From Actinomycetota bacterium (GTDB lineage Bacteria > Actinomycetota > Acidimicrobiia > Spongiisociales > UBA4744), in contig JAADGS010000040.1 of the NCBI GenBank assembly GCA_013152275.1, forward strand, positions 1-64,000: 64,000 nucleotides of DNA, in the 5' to 3' direction. Below, piece after piece: positions 44,932 to 54,393 of this stretch. The position numbers were made by a program, and so were the translations under genes. Each line of letters starts with the position of its first letter. Within the stretch, counting starts at the first letter, position 1. The notes beneath the pieces are model-generated. The model was not told the origin of the DNA and made no database searches. It worked only from the letters and a program-made list of their open reading frames with translations.

Positions 44932-45162
44932 ATGGACACCGGCATCGCACGCAAGATCGATGTCCTCGGGCGGGTCGTGATCCCTGCCGAAACTCGGCGC
45001 CTGTTCAATATCAACGGTGGTGACCAGTTGATCATCGGAGTCGAGGGAGACTCGATCCTGATCCGCAAGCTCGAAGCAACCTGCACGTTCTGCAACTCGA
45101 CGAAAGACGTCTCGACCTTCAAAGACAAGGGCATCTGTGCCGTCTGCCGGAAGGCTCTCTGA
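44932..45162 (+). CDS. AbrB/SpoVT family regulator with C-terminal CxxC...CxxC
   Basis: TGIARKIDVLGRVVIP...CTFC...CAVC; GGAGG SD. Confidence 0.92.
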   Translation: MDTGIARKIDVLGRVVIPAETRRLFNINGGDQLIIGVEGDSILIRKLEATCTFCNSTKDVSTFKDKGICAVCRKAL

Positions 45163-45174
45163 CATCTGAGCCGC

Positions 45175-45993
45175 TCAGCCCTTCTCTTTCAGCGCAGCTT
45201 CGTAGAGGCGGCCTCGGGGAACCCGTAGCCGTCGTGCTACCTCGCGGACGGCACCTGCAAGAGGCTCGCCCTCCGCCATGAGAGCCCGAACCTCCTCGAG
45301 CGCCTCGTCGAAGTCCGGTTCCCGAACAGGAGCGCCACCGAGTACGACCGTGAACTCACCGCGCTGAGTATCCCGGAACCGATCGGCCGCCTCCCCGAGC
45401 GTTCCCCACCACAGCTCTTCATAGAGTTTCGTGAGCTCTCGAGCGACAAAGACCGGCCGCTCGCCACCCGCCGCCGCGGCAAGATCTTCGAGATCGTTCC
45501 CGACGCGTCTCGGAGAGGCGAAGAACACCGTCGTACGTGTCTCCTGGGCAAGCTGATCGATGCGACGCGACCGATCGCCGCCCTTGCGCGGCAAGAACCC
45601 TTCGAAGACGAACCGTTCGGACGGCAGGCCCGACACCGCCAACGCCGCCGTGACGGCACTCGGGCCGGGCACGACCGTCACATCTGCCTGGACGGCCCGA
45701 GCTGCACGCACCGCCGCCAGCCCGGGATCGGAGATCGCGGGCATCCCCGCGTCCGTGACCAGGGCAACCGTCTCTCCTCGGGCAAGTCGCTCGGACAGTT
45801 CAGCAACCCTGAGCTGCTCGTTCCCGGCAAAGAACGATCGGAGCGGCTTGTCGATTCCCAAGTGATCGAGGAGCGTTCTGGACCGACGCGTATCCTCGGC
45901 GAATACGACATCGGCGCTCCGCAGGGCTTCGACGAGTCGCCGGCTCGTGTCGCCGAGGTTACCGATCGGGGTACCGCAGAGAACCAGAGGCAT
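45175..45993 (-). CDS. rsmI: 16S rRNA C1402 2'-O-methyltransferase
   Basis: TPIGNLGD, AEDTR, DAGMPAISDPG, RELTKLYEE. Confidence 0.97.
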   Translation of the reverse strand: MPLVLCGTPIGNLGDTSRRLVEALRSADVVFAEDTRRSRTLLDHLGIDKPLRSFFAGNEQLRVAELSERLARGETVALVTDAGMPAISDPGLAAVRAARAVQADVTVVPGPSAVTAALAVSGLPSERFVFEGFLPRKGGDRSRRIDQLAQETRTTVFFASPRRVGNDLEDLAAAAGGERPVFVARELTKLYEELWWGTLGEAADRFRDTQRGEFTVVLGGAPVREPDFDEALEEVRALMAEGEPLAGAVREVARRLRVPRGRLYEAALKEKG

Positions 45994-47327
45994 CAGAAGT
46001 CCGGGAAATACGAGCGGAGTTCCGCGCCGATAGCCGGGTCGTCGGCAGCGATGAACAGAACTCGATCCGCGACCCGGGATACGAAGGCGTAGGTGTCACC
46101 CGTCAGCGCAATGCCGCTGCCATCGTTGCGAGTTCTCGACACCGCCATGTCCGCGGTGACATAGTCGCCCAACGCCTCCCGCATCTCGATGGCGTCGGTT
46201 TCGCTGTCGCCCGCGTAGAGAAGGGCGAACGCGACGTTCTCACCGTTCCAGAGGAGGCGATACTGGTCGCCTCCCCAACCGGCCGCGGCGGCATCGGCGA
46301 CGTCTTCCCCAAGTTCCTGACGGAACATGACTTCGAAGATGAGCTCCCCCCAGACGGACTCCTCGACTGTCTCGTATCCGTCGAGCGGAGTGTCCGGTAG
46401 CGACACCGCGACTGCAGGCTCTCGTGCGGCGTACTTGTCCGGATGGATCACCTGCTCGGTCGTGGTCGGCGGGTCGACGTACGCTTCGTTGATGCGGTCG
46501 AATCCGGTGCTCGCACTCCACAGACCGTTGAGAAGGGTGAAACCCGCGTTGTAGGGAAAGACGAGCAGGTCCTGGATGAACCGCGGTGCCGCGTCGAAGA
46601 CACTCGTGTCCTGATTGAGAGAGCCGGCGATCACCTCCTGCTGCTCGCCGGTGGCAAGCGCAGCGACATAGTGCAGCTCGGTGAGCGTTGCGTCTCCTTC
46701 CGTCACGGCTTGCAGCGCCGAGAGCCGGTCGAAGCGCTGAGCCTCGTCCAAGGCATCGGCCTCGTCGGAGAATCCGAAATGCTGGTCGGTAAGCGCATGG
46801 GTGAGCTCGTGCACGAGTGTGGCCTTCTGGGCAGGGCTCAACTCGTCCTCATTGCTGGGAACGACGAGCTCCTTCGTCTCTCCGTCGTAGAAACCGAGCA
46901 CCTGCTCACCGTAGAGATCCTGGTAGAGAGCAAGCAGGTCCGTGCCTTCCGGAATGAGACCGAGGAGCTCTTCGAGCGCCGTGTCCCTGGCGATCTCATC
47001 CGGGTCGATATCCTCGTCGATCAGCTGGCGAACCCTGTTCGCGAGCTCGTCATCGTCGACCAGGGTAACGGTCGGTTCGGCGAGGAAATCGAGTTCACGG
47101 ATCTGTTCGGTCCGCGCGATCAACTCGTTGATCTGAGTCAGGATTGCCTGTTCGTGAAGCGTCTGCGGGTCCAGCGTCGTCGTGGTCGACGGAGGAGCCG
47201 TCGTCGCAGGAGCCGTCGTCGCAAGAGATGTCGAGGAGGAGGACGTCGTAACCGCCTCACCCGGCGGCGTAGACACACACGACGCTACAGCAACCGAGAC
47301 GACCAGGAGAGTGAAGAATCGACGCAT
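45993..47327 (-). CDS. Lipoprotein with HExxH zinc-peptidase-like motif
   Basis: Lipobox VASC, S/T-rich linker, HELTH plus EGDA, PTTTEQVIHP, AAAGWGGD. Confidence 0.75.
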   Translation of the reverse strand: MRRFFTLLVVSVAVASCVSTPPGEAVTTSSSSTSLATTAPATTAPPSTTTTLDPQTLHEQAILTQINELIARTEQIRELDFLAEPTVTLVDDDELANRVRQLIDEDIDPDEIARDTALEELLGLIPEGTDLLALYQDLYGEQVLGFYDGETKELVVPSNEDELSPAQKATLVHELTHALTDQHFGFSDEADALDEAQRFDRLSALQAVTEGDATLTELHYVAALATGEQQEVIAGSLNQDTSVFDAAPRFIQDLLVFPYNAGFTLLNGLWSASTGFDRINEAYVDPPTTTEQVIHPDKYAAREPAVAVSLPDTPLDGYETVEESVWGELIFEVMFRQELGEDVADAAAAGWGGDQYRLLWNGENVAFALLYAGDSETDAIEMREALGDYVTADMAVSRTRNDGSGIALTGDTYAFVSRVADRVLFIAADDPAIGAELRSYFPDF

Positions 47328-47505
47328 GGCAGAACCCTACCCTCGGCAAGGGTTCGTGCGCCCGAACGATGCGGAGGGAGCGCCCTTCACGAGAGGCATC
47401 GGCCGGTTCGCTCCGCTACGAAGAGCCGCGAATCACGTTCTGCCATGAGCAAGCGCCAGAACGCCTCCTCCAAGACGACTCTCTCGTATCTCGGCTCTCT
47501 CAGAC

Positions 47506-48639
47506 TCAGACCTGGAACGTCCGCCAATCCAGATCGAAGAGTTCCTTGTCGCTCATTCCCCCGACGCTCGGCGGCTCGAGCGAGATGTCGGGTCCTCCGG
47601 GAGCAAAGAACTCCCCGCCCACCTGGGCCCCTTCGGTGCCGGAGAACGCCATGAAGCACCGGCCGACGCCATCATATGGTTGCGGTGGCTCCGTTCCATC
47701 GATGCGCGAGGCGATCACGCCCGCGGCAGTGCGTCCCTGACGGGCGGCAAACGCCCCCGCCTTGGGGAGCACCTTCTCGCCGATGGGAACGATGTTGACG
47801 TCACCAACGGCAAACACACCCGGTACCGACGTCTCGAGGGTTCCTCGATCGACCTGGACCCACGGGGAATCGGCGAGGAGGCCGGAACTGGCAACGACGG
47901 CCGGTGGGCGGTGGACGGGAATCGTGACAGCCACATCGGTGATGATCTCGCTTCCGTCGGAAAACAGCATCGAACGCGGTCCGACCCGGGTGACCGTCAC
48001 TCCGGCGTGCAACCGGATATCGCGATGCTCCAGCGCCGCGGCAACCTGCCGACCTGCCCGCGGACCGGCGACGGCGAGAGGGGTGGAACCGGGAACGGCG
48101 ACATGCAACTCCGTGCCGGCCCGCAGACCCCGCTCGCGTAGCCACCAGTCGATCATCATCGACATTTCGAACGGGGCAGGTGGACACTTGATCGGAAGCC
48201 CGGACACTCCTATGACGACGGTCCCACCGCGGAACTCGGCAAGTCGATCCCTGAGACGCTCGGCCCGAGCCAGGTCGTAGAAGCCGTGCGCCTCCTTCGC
48301 CCCCGGCACCGCATCCCAATCGTATGTCGCTCCGAGAGCGATGACGAGGTAGTCGAAGTCGAAACCGCCGACAGATGTCGACACGACCCGTTCCCGCACG
48401 TCGATATGGTCGATCTCCGCTTCCACGAATCTGGCGCCATACCGAACGAGGTCGGAGAGATGCCGGGCAATCTCGTACCGGTCACGCTTCCCTACGACGA
48501 TGAACGGGTTGTCGGCGGCGAGGTAGCTCGTTTCGTGCCGATCGATGACCGTGACACTGTGCTCGTCGCGAATCTGCGACAGAGCGACCGCTGCGGCAGC
48601 ACCTCCGAACCCGCCACCGAGAATCACGACCTTTTTCAC
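47506..48639 (-). CDS. Sulfide:quinone oxidoreductase-like flavoprotein (type III-like)
   Basis: GGGFGG, KCPPAP, FAVGD, LPKAG, second Cys in YDGVGRCF. Confidence 0.8.
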   Translation of the reverse strand: MKKVVILGGGFGGAAAAVALSQIRDEHSVTVIDRHETSYLAADNPFIVVGKRDRYEIARHLSDLVRYGARFVEAEIDHIDVRERVVSTSVGGFDFDYLVIALGATYDWDAVPGAKEAHGFYDLARAERLRDRLAEFRGGTVVIGVSGLPIKCPPAPFEMSMMIDWWLRERGLRAGTELHVAVPGSTPLAVAGPRAGRQVAAALEHRDIRLHAGVTVTRVGPRSMLFSDGSEIITDVAVTIPVHRPPAVVASSGLLADSPWVQVDRGTLETSVPGVFAVGDVNIVPIGEKVLPKAGAFAARQGRTAAGVIASRIDGTEPPQPYDGVGRCFMAFSGTEGAQVGGEFFAPGGPDISLEPPSVGGMSDKELFDLDWRTFQV

Positions 48640-48759
48640 GGCGCCTCCTCACCTTCACCCTACGCGAATGCGTGAGTCGCGTACGGCGCTCGCGCCGCGT
48701 CACGAGAATGGAATCTCGGTCTCTGCCGCGGCCGAGCCGGTTCTCGACCAGGATGGCCG

Positions 48760-50973
48760 TCACTCCTCCGGGTGATCGCCCAACAGGCGTCCTCGAAACT
48801 CGCCGGCGCAACGAACGAAGATGACCGTCGGCAAACCCTCGACGAGTTCTTCCAGCCGATGCGCATATTCGACCTCTTCACCGGGTCGGTTCGCACGGAG
48901 TCCCATCAACACGACATCTGCTCGTGCCGAACGCTCTCGGATCAGGCTCTGGACAGTCTGACCGCTGCGCCGCACGATGACCTCGGTCTCGGCAGGGATG
49001 CGGGCGGCGTGGATGACCCGATCGAGCATGCGGGCATTCCGTTCGGCCATCATGTCGCTCGAAGTAATGCTCATGATGCGAATCCGGGCGTCGCGCCACT
49101 CCGGATTCAGCGAGATCAGGTGAGCGAACAGTGCAAGCATGTCCCCGTTGTTCTGCAGACCGCCCCACCACACATGGATTTCACGACCGCTCGCTCGCCG
49201 CTGATGCGGGACTGTCCGGCAGATGATCGCGGACTTGCCGATACGCGCGAGGCGTTCGATGATCTGCAGCGCGGAGACCCGCCGCTCGAGCTTGTCGCTG
49301 AATCCGAACATGACGGTGTTGGATTCGATACCGGCGATCCCGTTGGCCTGCGCGACGGCAACGGCGCCGTCCACGAAGTCGCCCACGACATCGACTTCGG
49401 CGAACGCGACGACTCCGAGCTCATCCAGATCCGCGTCGAGTTGCGCTCTTCGTTCGGCGGCAAACTCGCCATACCGTTCCAGCGATCCGACACCGAGCTC
49501 GCACACGGTCAGGATTCCGCGATCCTGCACGAGCCACGCAGCGAACCGCGCGAGGTCCGGACGGCGCCGCACGTCACCGGAGAACAGCAGGATGTTGGGC
49601 CGCCAGTTCCGCGGATCGTTGGGCAGCCTTCGGAGCTGGATCACCGTCGAGCGAACGAGCGACATCATGGCACCGCGCCGCAGATCCCCCCACGGGGCCA
49701 CGAGTGCCCTCCTGCGCATCAGGAGATAGACGCCAACCTCGATAACGACCGCGACCACCAGAGCCACCGGGCTGATCAGGAACATGACCCAGAAACACGC
49801 CCCGGCACCCGCAAGCGAAATCGTCCAGTGGACGCGCATGGTCGGGCGGTACGACGGATCGGCAGTCAGATTCTCCACGCCCGCCACCAGGTTCACCATT
49901 CCGTAGGTGGTGAGAAAGAACATGGTCAGCACCGGGGCGACCGCATTGATGCCACCGAGAAGGACCGCTCCGAGCGCGACGAGCAGGGAAATGAGCAGAG
50001 GAACTCCCGGACCCCGCACCCTCCCGATCGGAGAACCCAGCCATCGTGGGAGGACTCGATCGGCCACCATCGCTTCGAGGGTTCGAGGCGCGGACAAGAC
50101 GCTGCCCACCGCGGAGGAGAAGATCGCTCCCCACAGGCCCGGGAAGATCAGCACACCGGCAGCGCCGGCGATGGTGAACCAGATCAGATTGTTGGCGACG
50201 AGGTCGGCAGGATCGGCTGCGAGCGCCAAGCCGACGGCGACACCGATGTAGACCACGAATCCTACGAGCACGGCCGCGATCGTTCCTCGCGGGATGGACC
50301 GGTCGGGATGCTTCAGATCACCCGACAGGCTGATACCGACCAGGATTCCGGTGACCGCAGGAAAGAATACGGCGAAGACGGCCCAGAAGCCGGGTGGCTC
50401 CTCGAATGCAGTCGTGAGACGAATCGTCTCTGGGCTGCTGTTCGCGATACCGACACCGAGAACCACGAGTGACACCCCGATGGCGACCATGATCGGGATC
50501 TGCAGCCGAAGCGCCAGGCCGGCCCCTCTGGCGGCGAGAAGGGCAACCACGAGCACCGTTGCGGCGGCAACCACCTTCTGCGGCACTGCGGGCCAGACGA
50601 TCCCGAGGCTCTCGGCCAGCCCGAAAGCGTAGAGCGTCACCGAGAATGCCTGTGCGAAGAACAACGGGATGCCGATCGCCGCCCCGATCTCCACCCCCAG
50701 GCTTCGCGAGATGATGTAGTAGGCACCTCCGGCGCCCACGCGCATGTTGGTGCTGACGGCGGAGACGGACAGGGCGGTGGCCAGCGTCACGAGATTGGCG
50801 ATGACGATGATGACGAGCGCACCCGTCAGCCCGACACTGCCGACGACCCAACCGGTCCGCAGGTACAAGATAACGCCGAGGATCGTCAGGACGGACGGTG
50901 TGAAGACACCGATGAACGTGCCCAACTTCTCATCTCTGGATCGGCCCTTCAGCGCCGTCAACATCCGCTGCAT
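48760..50973 (-). CDS. Cation-chloride cotransporter (CCC/SLC12) family protein
   Basis: LGTFIGVF...ILGVILYLR, GGAYYIISRSLG, FFPAVTG, NWRPNIL, HVWW in the cytoplasmic C-terminal domain. Confidence 0.88.
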   Translation of the reverse strand: MQRMLTALKGRSRDEKLGTFIGVFTPSVLTILGVILYLRTGWVVGSVGLTGALVIIVIANLVTLATALSVSAVSTNMRVGAGGAYYIISRSLGVEIGAAIGIPLFFAQAFSVTLYAFGLAESLGIVWPAVPQKVVAAATVLVVALLAARGAGLALRLQIPIMVAIGVSLVVLGVGIANSSPETIRLTTAFEEPPGFWAVFAVFFPAVTGILVGISLSGDLKHPDRSIPRGTIAAVLVGFVVYIGVAVGLALAADPADLVANNLIWFTIAGAAGVLIFPGLWGAIFSSAVGSVLSAPRTLEAMVADRVLPRWLGSPIGRVRGPGVPLLISLLVALGAVLLGGINAVAPVLTMFFLTTYGMVNLVAGVENLTADPSYRPTMRVHWTISLAGAGACFWVMFLISPVALVVAVVIEVGVYLLMRRRALVAPWGDLRRGAMMSLVRSTVIQLRRLPNDPRNWRPNILLFSGDVRRRPDLARFAAWLVQDRGILTVCELGVGSLERYGEFAAERRAQLDADLDELGVVAFAEVDVVGDFVDGAVAVAQANGIAGIESNTVMFGFSDKLERRVSALQIIERLARIGKSAIICRTVPHQRRASGREIHVWWGGLQNNGDMLALFAHLISLNPEWRDARIRIMSITSSDMMAERNARMLDRVIHAARIPAETEVIVRRSGQTVQSLIRERSARADVVLMGLRANRPGEEVEYAHRLEELVEGLPTVIFVRCAGEFRGRLLGDHPEE

Positions 50974-51140
50974 TGGTCTCCCAGGGACCGGTCAAGCAAG
51001 GCTAGTGGCAAGTCGAGTGTCGGTGTCGAAGCGAACATGGCGCGTGTGAGGATCCGGGGACGAGGGCCTCCGGAGACAGGAGAATCGTGAACGACCAGAC
51101 GGTGGAACCTTCTCGACGCCTTCTTCCTTCTCGACCGACG

Positions 51141-52481
51141 TCAGAGCTGCCCCGCATCTGCGTCGATGCCGTCGAGATAGGAAGGATCGTCATAGCGTCG
51201 GCGCCTGAAGGCGTCCGCGAACTCCGGCAGATCCTGGCCGGTGATGTGCAGCGACAGCAGCTCGGCCGCAGCCTGTGACGCCATGATGCCGAACCCGGAC
51301 AGTGCCCCTATGACGAACGCGCCGGGTGTTCGCAGCGGCCCGATGATCGGGTAATTCTCGGGCGTCTTGACGTAGTACCCCCCGTCGACCCAGGTCTTGG
51401 GCACTCGTTCACGGTACGCCTCGAGACCGGGGATCATTCTCGACAGACCCCGCAGCACGACCTCGGCGTGCATCGGATCGACGGGGACGGGGAATCTGGG
51501 CGTCATGATGCGTCGCCGAACCTCCCACAACCCCAGCACCCACGGCGATTCGTCTCCGCCTTCCGGACGGAGGTGGCAGCCCGAGGGAAGGAGATCGAGC
51601 AGATCCGACATGCCGTCTCGCAACCCGGAGATCTCTTCCGGATCCCAGTCGATGGACTGCGGGTCGTCCCAGATCAGCAACGGAGCGTCCCTCGGCACCA
51701 CACCGAGATGATCCTTGAACGCCACCTTGAGGTGCAACTCGGCGTGAATGGGAAGCTCCTCCCCGAGCAGACCTGCCACATCGCCCACCATCGGGCCTGC
51801 AGCGTCGACGAAGAATCGCGTTTCGATGCGGCTCCCATCGTCGAGATCGACGGCCCCGACTCCGGCCGGACCGGTCTCCACACCGATGACCTCGCGAGGC
51901 AGGAACCTCACTCCCGCCGACTTTGCCTCCGCGAACAGCCACGCCCCGAGCTGCTGCGCGTCGAGCCACCCTGCACGACGCACATGCAGCGCCCCCACGG
52001 CGTCTTCGGTCAGGTAGGGAAAGAGCCGCCGAAGCAGGTCGGGGTCCGCGATCAGGTCCGCACCCGAGGTCATCCTGTCCCAACGCCGCGCCACTGCACA
52101 CGGCGTCCGATCCTTCAACGGTTTGTGGACGCGCAAGCTTCCCCCGCCTGCCTTTGCCGTTGCGATGGCATCGGATTCGAGGGCCTCGAGACGGGTGTCG
52201 TCCCCGGTGACGTAGATGTAGCCGCGCCGGTCGAGATTGAAGATGTCGCCCGAGGTGGTGGCGAACTCTTCGAGGAGATCGATCGAGCGGTTCATGAGAT
52301 GAATCATCGGTGCTTGTGGCCACCAGTTCCGATAGCACTCGGTCGACTTGTCGCTCGTCAGGGTCAACGGCGGGCGCGGGTCACACAGAATCACGTCCCG
52401 TAGGCCGTGACGCATCGACAGGTGGTACGCGACACTCACGCCCGCGATACCCGCACCGGCGATCACAACCTCCGCCTTCAC
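51141..52481 (-). CDS. FAD-dependent oxidoreductase (DAO / sarcosine oxidase beta-like)
   Basis: GAGIAG, DAAGP, GYYVKTPENYPIIGP, SGFGIM. Confidence 0.85.
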   Translation of the reverse strand: MKAEVVIAGAGIAGVSVAYHLSMRHGLRDVILCDPRPPLTLTSDKSTECYRNWWPQAPMIHLMNRSIDLLEEFATTSGDIFNLDRRGYIYVTGDDTRLEALESDAIATAKAGGGSLRVHKPLKDRTPCAVARRWDRMTSGADLIADPDLLRRLFPYLTEDAVGALHVRRAGWLDAQQLGAWLFAEAKSAGVRFLPREVIGVETGPAGVGAVDLDDGSRIETRFFVDAAGPMVGDVAGLLGEELPIHAELHLKVAFKDHLGVVPRDAPLLIWDDPQSIDWDPEEISGLRDGMSDLLDLLPSGCHLRPEGGDESPWVLGLWEVRRRIMTPRFPVPVDPMHAEVVLRGLSRMIPGLEAYRERVPKTWVDGGYYVKTPENYPIIGPLRTPGAFVIGALSGFGIMASQAAAELLSLHITGQDLPEFADAFRRRRYDDPSYLDGIDADAGQL

Positions 52482-52517
52482 GCTCCTGCTTCCTCCCCAC
52501 GGGAGCCACATACCCAC

Positions 52518-52566
52518 GAACCCAGGGCTCAGGGGGGTCACTACGACCCCTACGAGCCCAGGGTTC
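52518..52566. repeat. 49-bp palindromic element, inverted copy of 13052..13100
   Basis: GAACCCAGGGCTCAGGGGGGTCACTACGACCCCTACGAGCCCAGGGTTC. Confidence 0.85.
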
Positions 52567-52598
52567 AAGGACACCGGCGCCGATCCTAGGCTTGGGGG

Positions 52599-53138
52599 GT
52601 GTCACACCTCCGTTATCGTGTCCTCCTCCTCCTTCTCCTCATCACACTTGGAGCATGCGCTCCGCCGGTAACCCATGACCTCTCCGGTTCGCTGGCGGTG
52701 TTCGATTACTCCTATCACAACGATCTCATCGTCGAGGAGGCCCAGCGTCTGGCGAGAGGTGACTACTTCGGACTTCCCGAGGCGGAACGCGATGCCGTCT
52801 GGATCGAAGCTGTCGGCCTTGTACGAGGAACGCCGTGCACAGACGGAGTCGAGACGTTCCCCGGGATTCATGCGGGAGCTCCGGTACGGATCATGGATGC
52901 CGACGGCAGCATGCTCGCCGACAGCGCCCTCTCGGGTGGATTCGTGGACCTTCTCCCCTATCCGGACGTGCAGGCGAAGGTGATCGCCGTCTGCCGCTTC
53001 GAGTTCGAAGTGCCAGAACTCGCGGATACGACCGGCTACGCGATTCTCGTAGGAGACCAGGAGCCGAAAACCTTCACCAAGCCGGGCCTCGAAGCAGCCG
53101 GATGGACGGTATCGCTCGAATTCGGGGTGAACCGTTGA
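52599..53138 (+). CDS. Hypothetical lipoprotein
   Basis: Leu-rich signal with LGAC lipobox; TAGGCT -10 box ending 6 nt before the GTG. Confidence 0.65.
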   Translation: MSHLRYRVLLLLLLITLGACAPPVTHDLSGSLAVFDYSYHNDLIVEEAQRLARGDYFGLPEAERDAVWIEAVGLVRGTPCTDGVETFPGIHAGAPVRIMDADGSMLADSALSGGFVDLLPYPDVQAKVIAVCRFEFEVPELADTTGYAILVGDQEPKTFTKPGLEAAGWTVSLEFGVNR

Positions 53139-53262
53139 GCTTCTGCACCACCGCCGGGATGTGAACGATGCTTCGTCCGACGAGATCTAGTCTTGGGCCG
53201 ACACGACATCACATCGTCACGGTTCACGCGACACGCCCCATCCTCGGGCGGGAGGTTGATTA

Positions 53263-54393
53263 ATGATCATCGGAGTCCCCAAGGAATCTCTACATCACGA
53301 GCATCGGGTTGGCCTGACTCCGGACGCCGCAGCCCACCTGCACAGGCTCGGACACACGGTTCTGGTCCAACACGACGCAGGACTGGGTGCCCGATTCTCC
53401 AACCACGAGTATGAGCAGGCCGGCGCGCAGATCGTCTACAGCGCGGAGGAGGCCTACCGACGTGCCGATCTCGTCACCAGGATCGGCACGATGTCTTCGG
53501 TCGAGCTGGATCTCCTCAAGCCCGGATCCGCAATCTGCAGTTTTCACCACATGGCGGTCGCCTCGAAAGCACTGGTCGACGGGTTGGTCGAGCGAGAGAT
53601 CACCGCCGTCTCCTACGAACTCATCGAGGACGCAGCAGGCAACCGCCCGATCCTCGCACCGTTCAGCGAGATGGCGGGAATGCTCGCTGTGCATCTCGCC
53701 GGCTACTACCTCCAGAACGACTCCGGGGGAAGGGGAATCCTGTTGGGCAACGTGCCGGGGATCTCCCCACCGACCGTCGTCATCCTCGGTGCGGGAATCG
53801 CCGGCCGGACGGCGGCATGTCACGCGAGAGCGACCGGGGCCCGCGTCGTCGTGATCGACACCGACATGGCGAAACTGAGATCGGTGAGTTCCCGATGTGG
53901 CGGTCAGGTTGCGACTGCGAACGCCAGTCTCGAGCCGCTGGAGAACTACACGGCTTCGGCAGACGTGCTCATCGGCGCGGTGCTCATTCCCGGTTCGCGA
54001 GCTCCGATTCTGGTCACCGAGGACATGGTCGAAGGGATGCGTCGAGGAAGTGTGATCGTCGACCTCTCGATCGACCAGGGAGGTTGCGTGGAAACCAGCC
54101 GGCCGACGGGTCTCGACCAGCCGACCTACATCGTCCACGATGTCGTGCACTACTGCGTGCCGAACATGACGGCGAACGTCGCCCGCACGGCCTCCAAAGC
54201 GCTCACGAGAGCCGTCCTGCCCCAACTGGTGTCGCTGGCCGAACGAGGGACCGGAGGTGCTGCGGCGGCGGATCCCCATCTCGCCGCGGGAGTGGTGATG
54301 TATGAAGGAAACCTCGTGCACCGCCAGGTCGCCGCCGCCCACGGCCTGCCCTTCGTCGAGCTGAGATCGCTCCTGACGGGAGCCGGCGCATGA
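53263..54393 (+). CDS. ald: Alanine dehydrogenase family protein (divergent active site)
   Basis: IGVPKE...EHRV, SEMAG, GAGIAG, IDQGGCVETS, YCVPNM; GGAGG SD. Confidence 0.85.
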   Translation: MIIGVPKESLHHEHRVGLTPDAAAHLHRLGHTVLVQHDAGLGARFSNHEYEQAGAQIVYSAEEAYRRADLVTRIGTMSSVELDLLKPGSAICSFHHMAVASKALVDGLVEREITAVSYELIEDAAGNRPILAPFSEMAGMLAVHLAGYYLQNDSGGRGILLGNVPGISPPTVVILGAGIAGRTAACHARATGARVVVIDTDMAKLRSVSSRCGGQVATANASLEPLENYTASADVLIGAVLIPGSRAPILVTEDMVEGMRRGSVIVDLSIDQGGCVETSRPTGLDQPTYIVHDVVHYCVPNMTANVARTASKALTRAVLPQLVSLAERGTGGAAAADPHLAAGVVMYEGNLVHRQVAAAHGLPFVELRSLLTGAGA

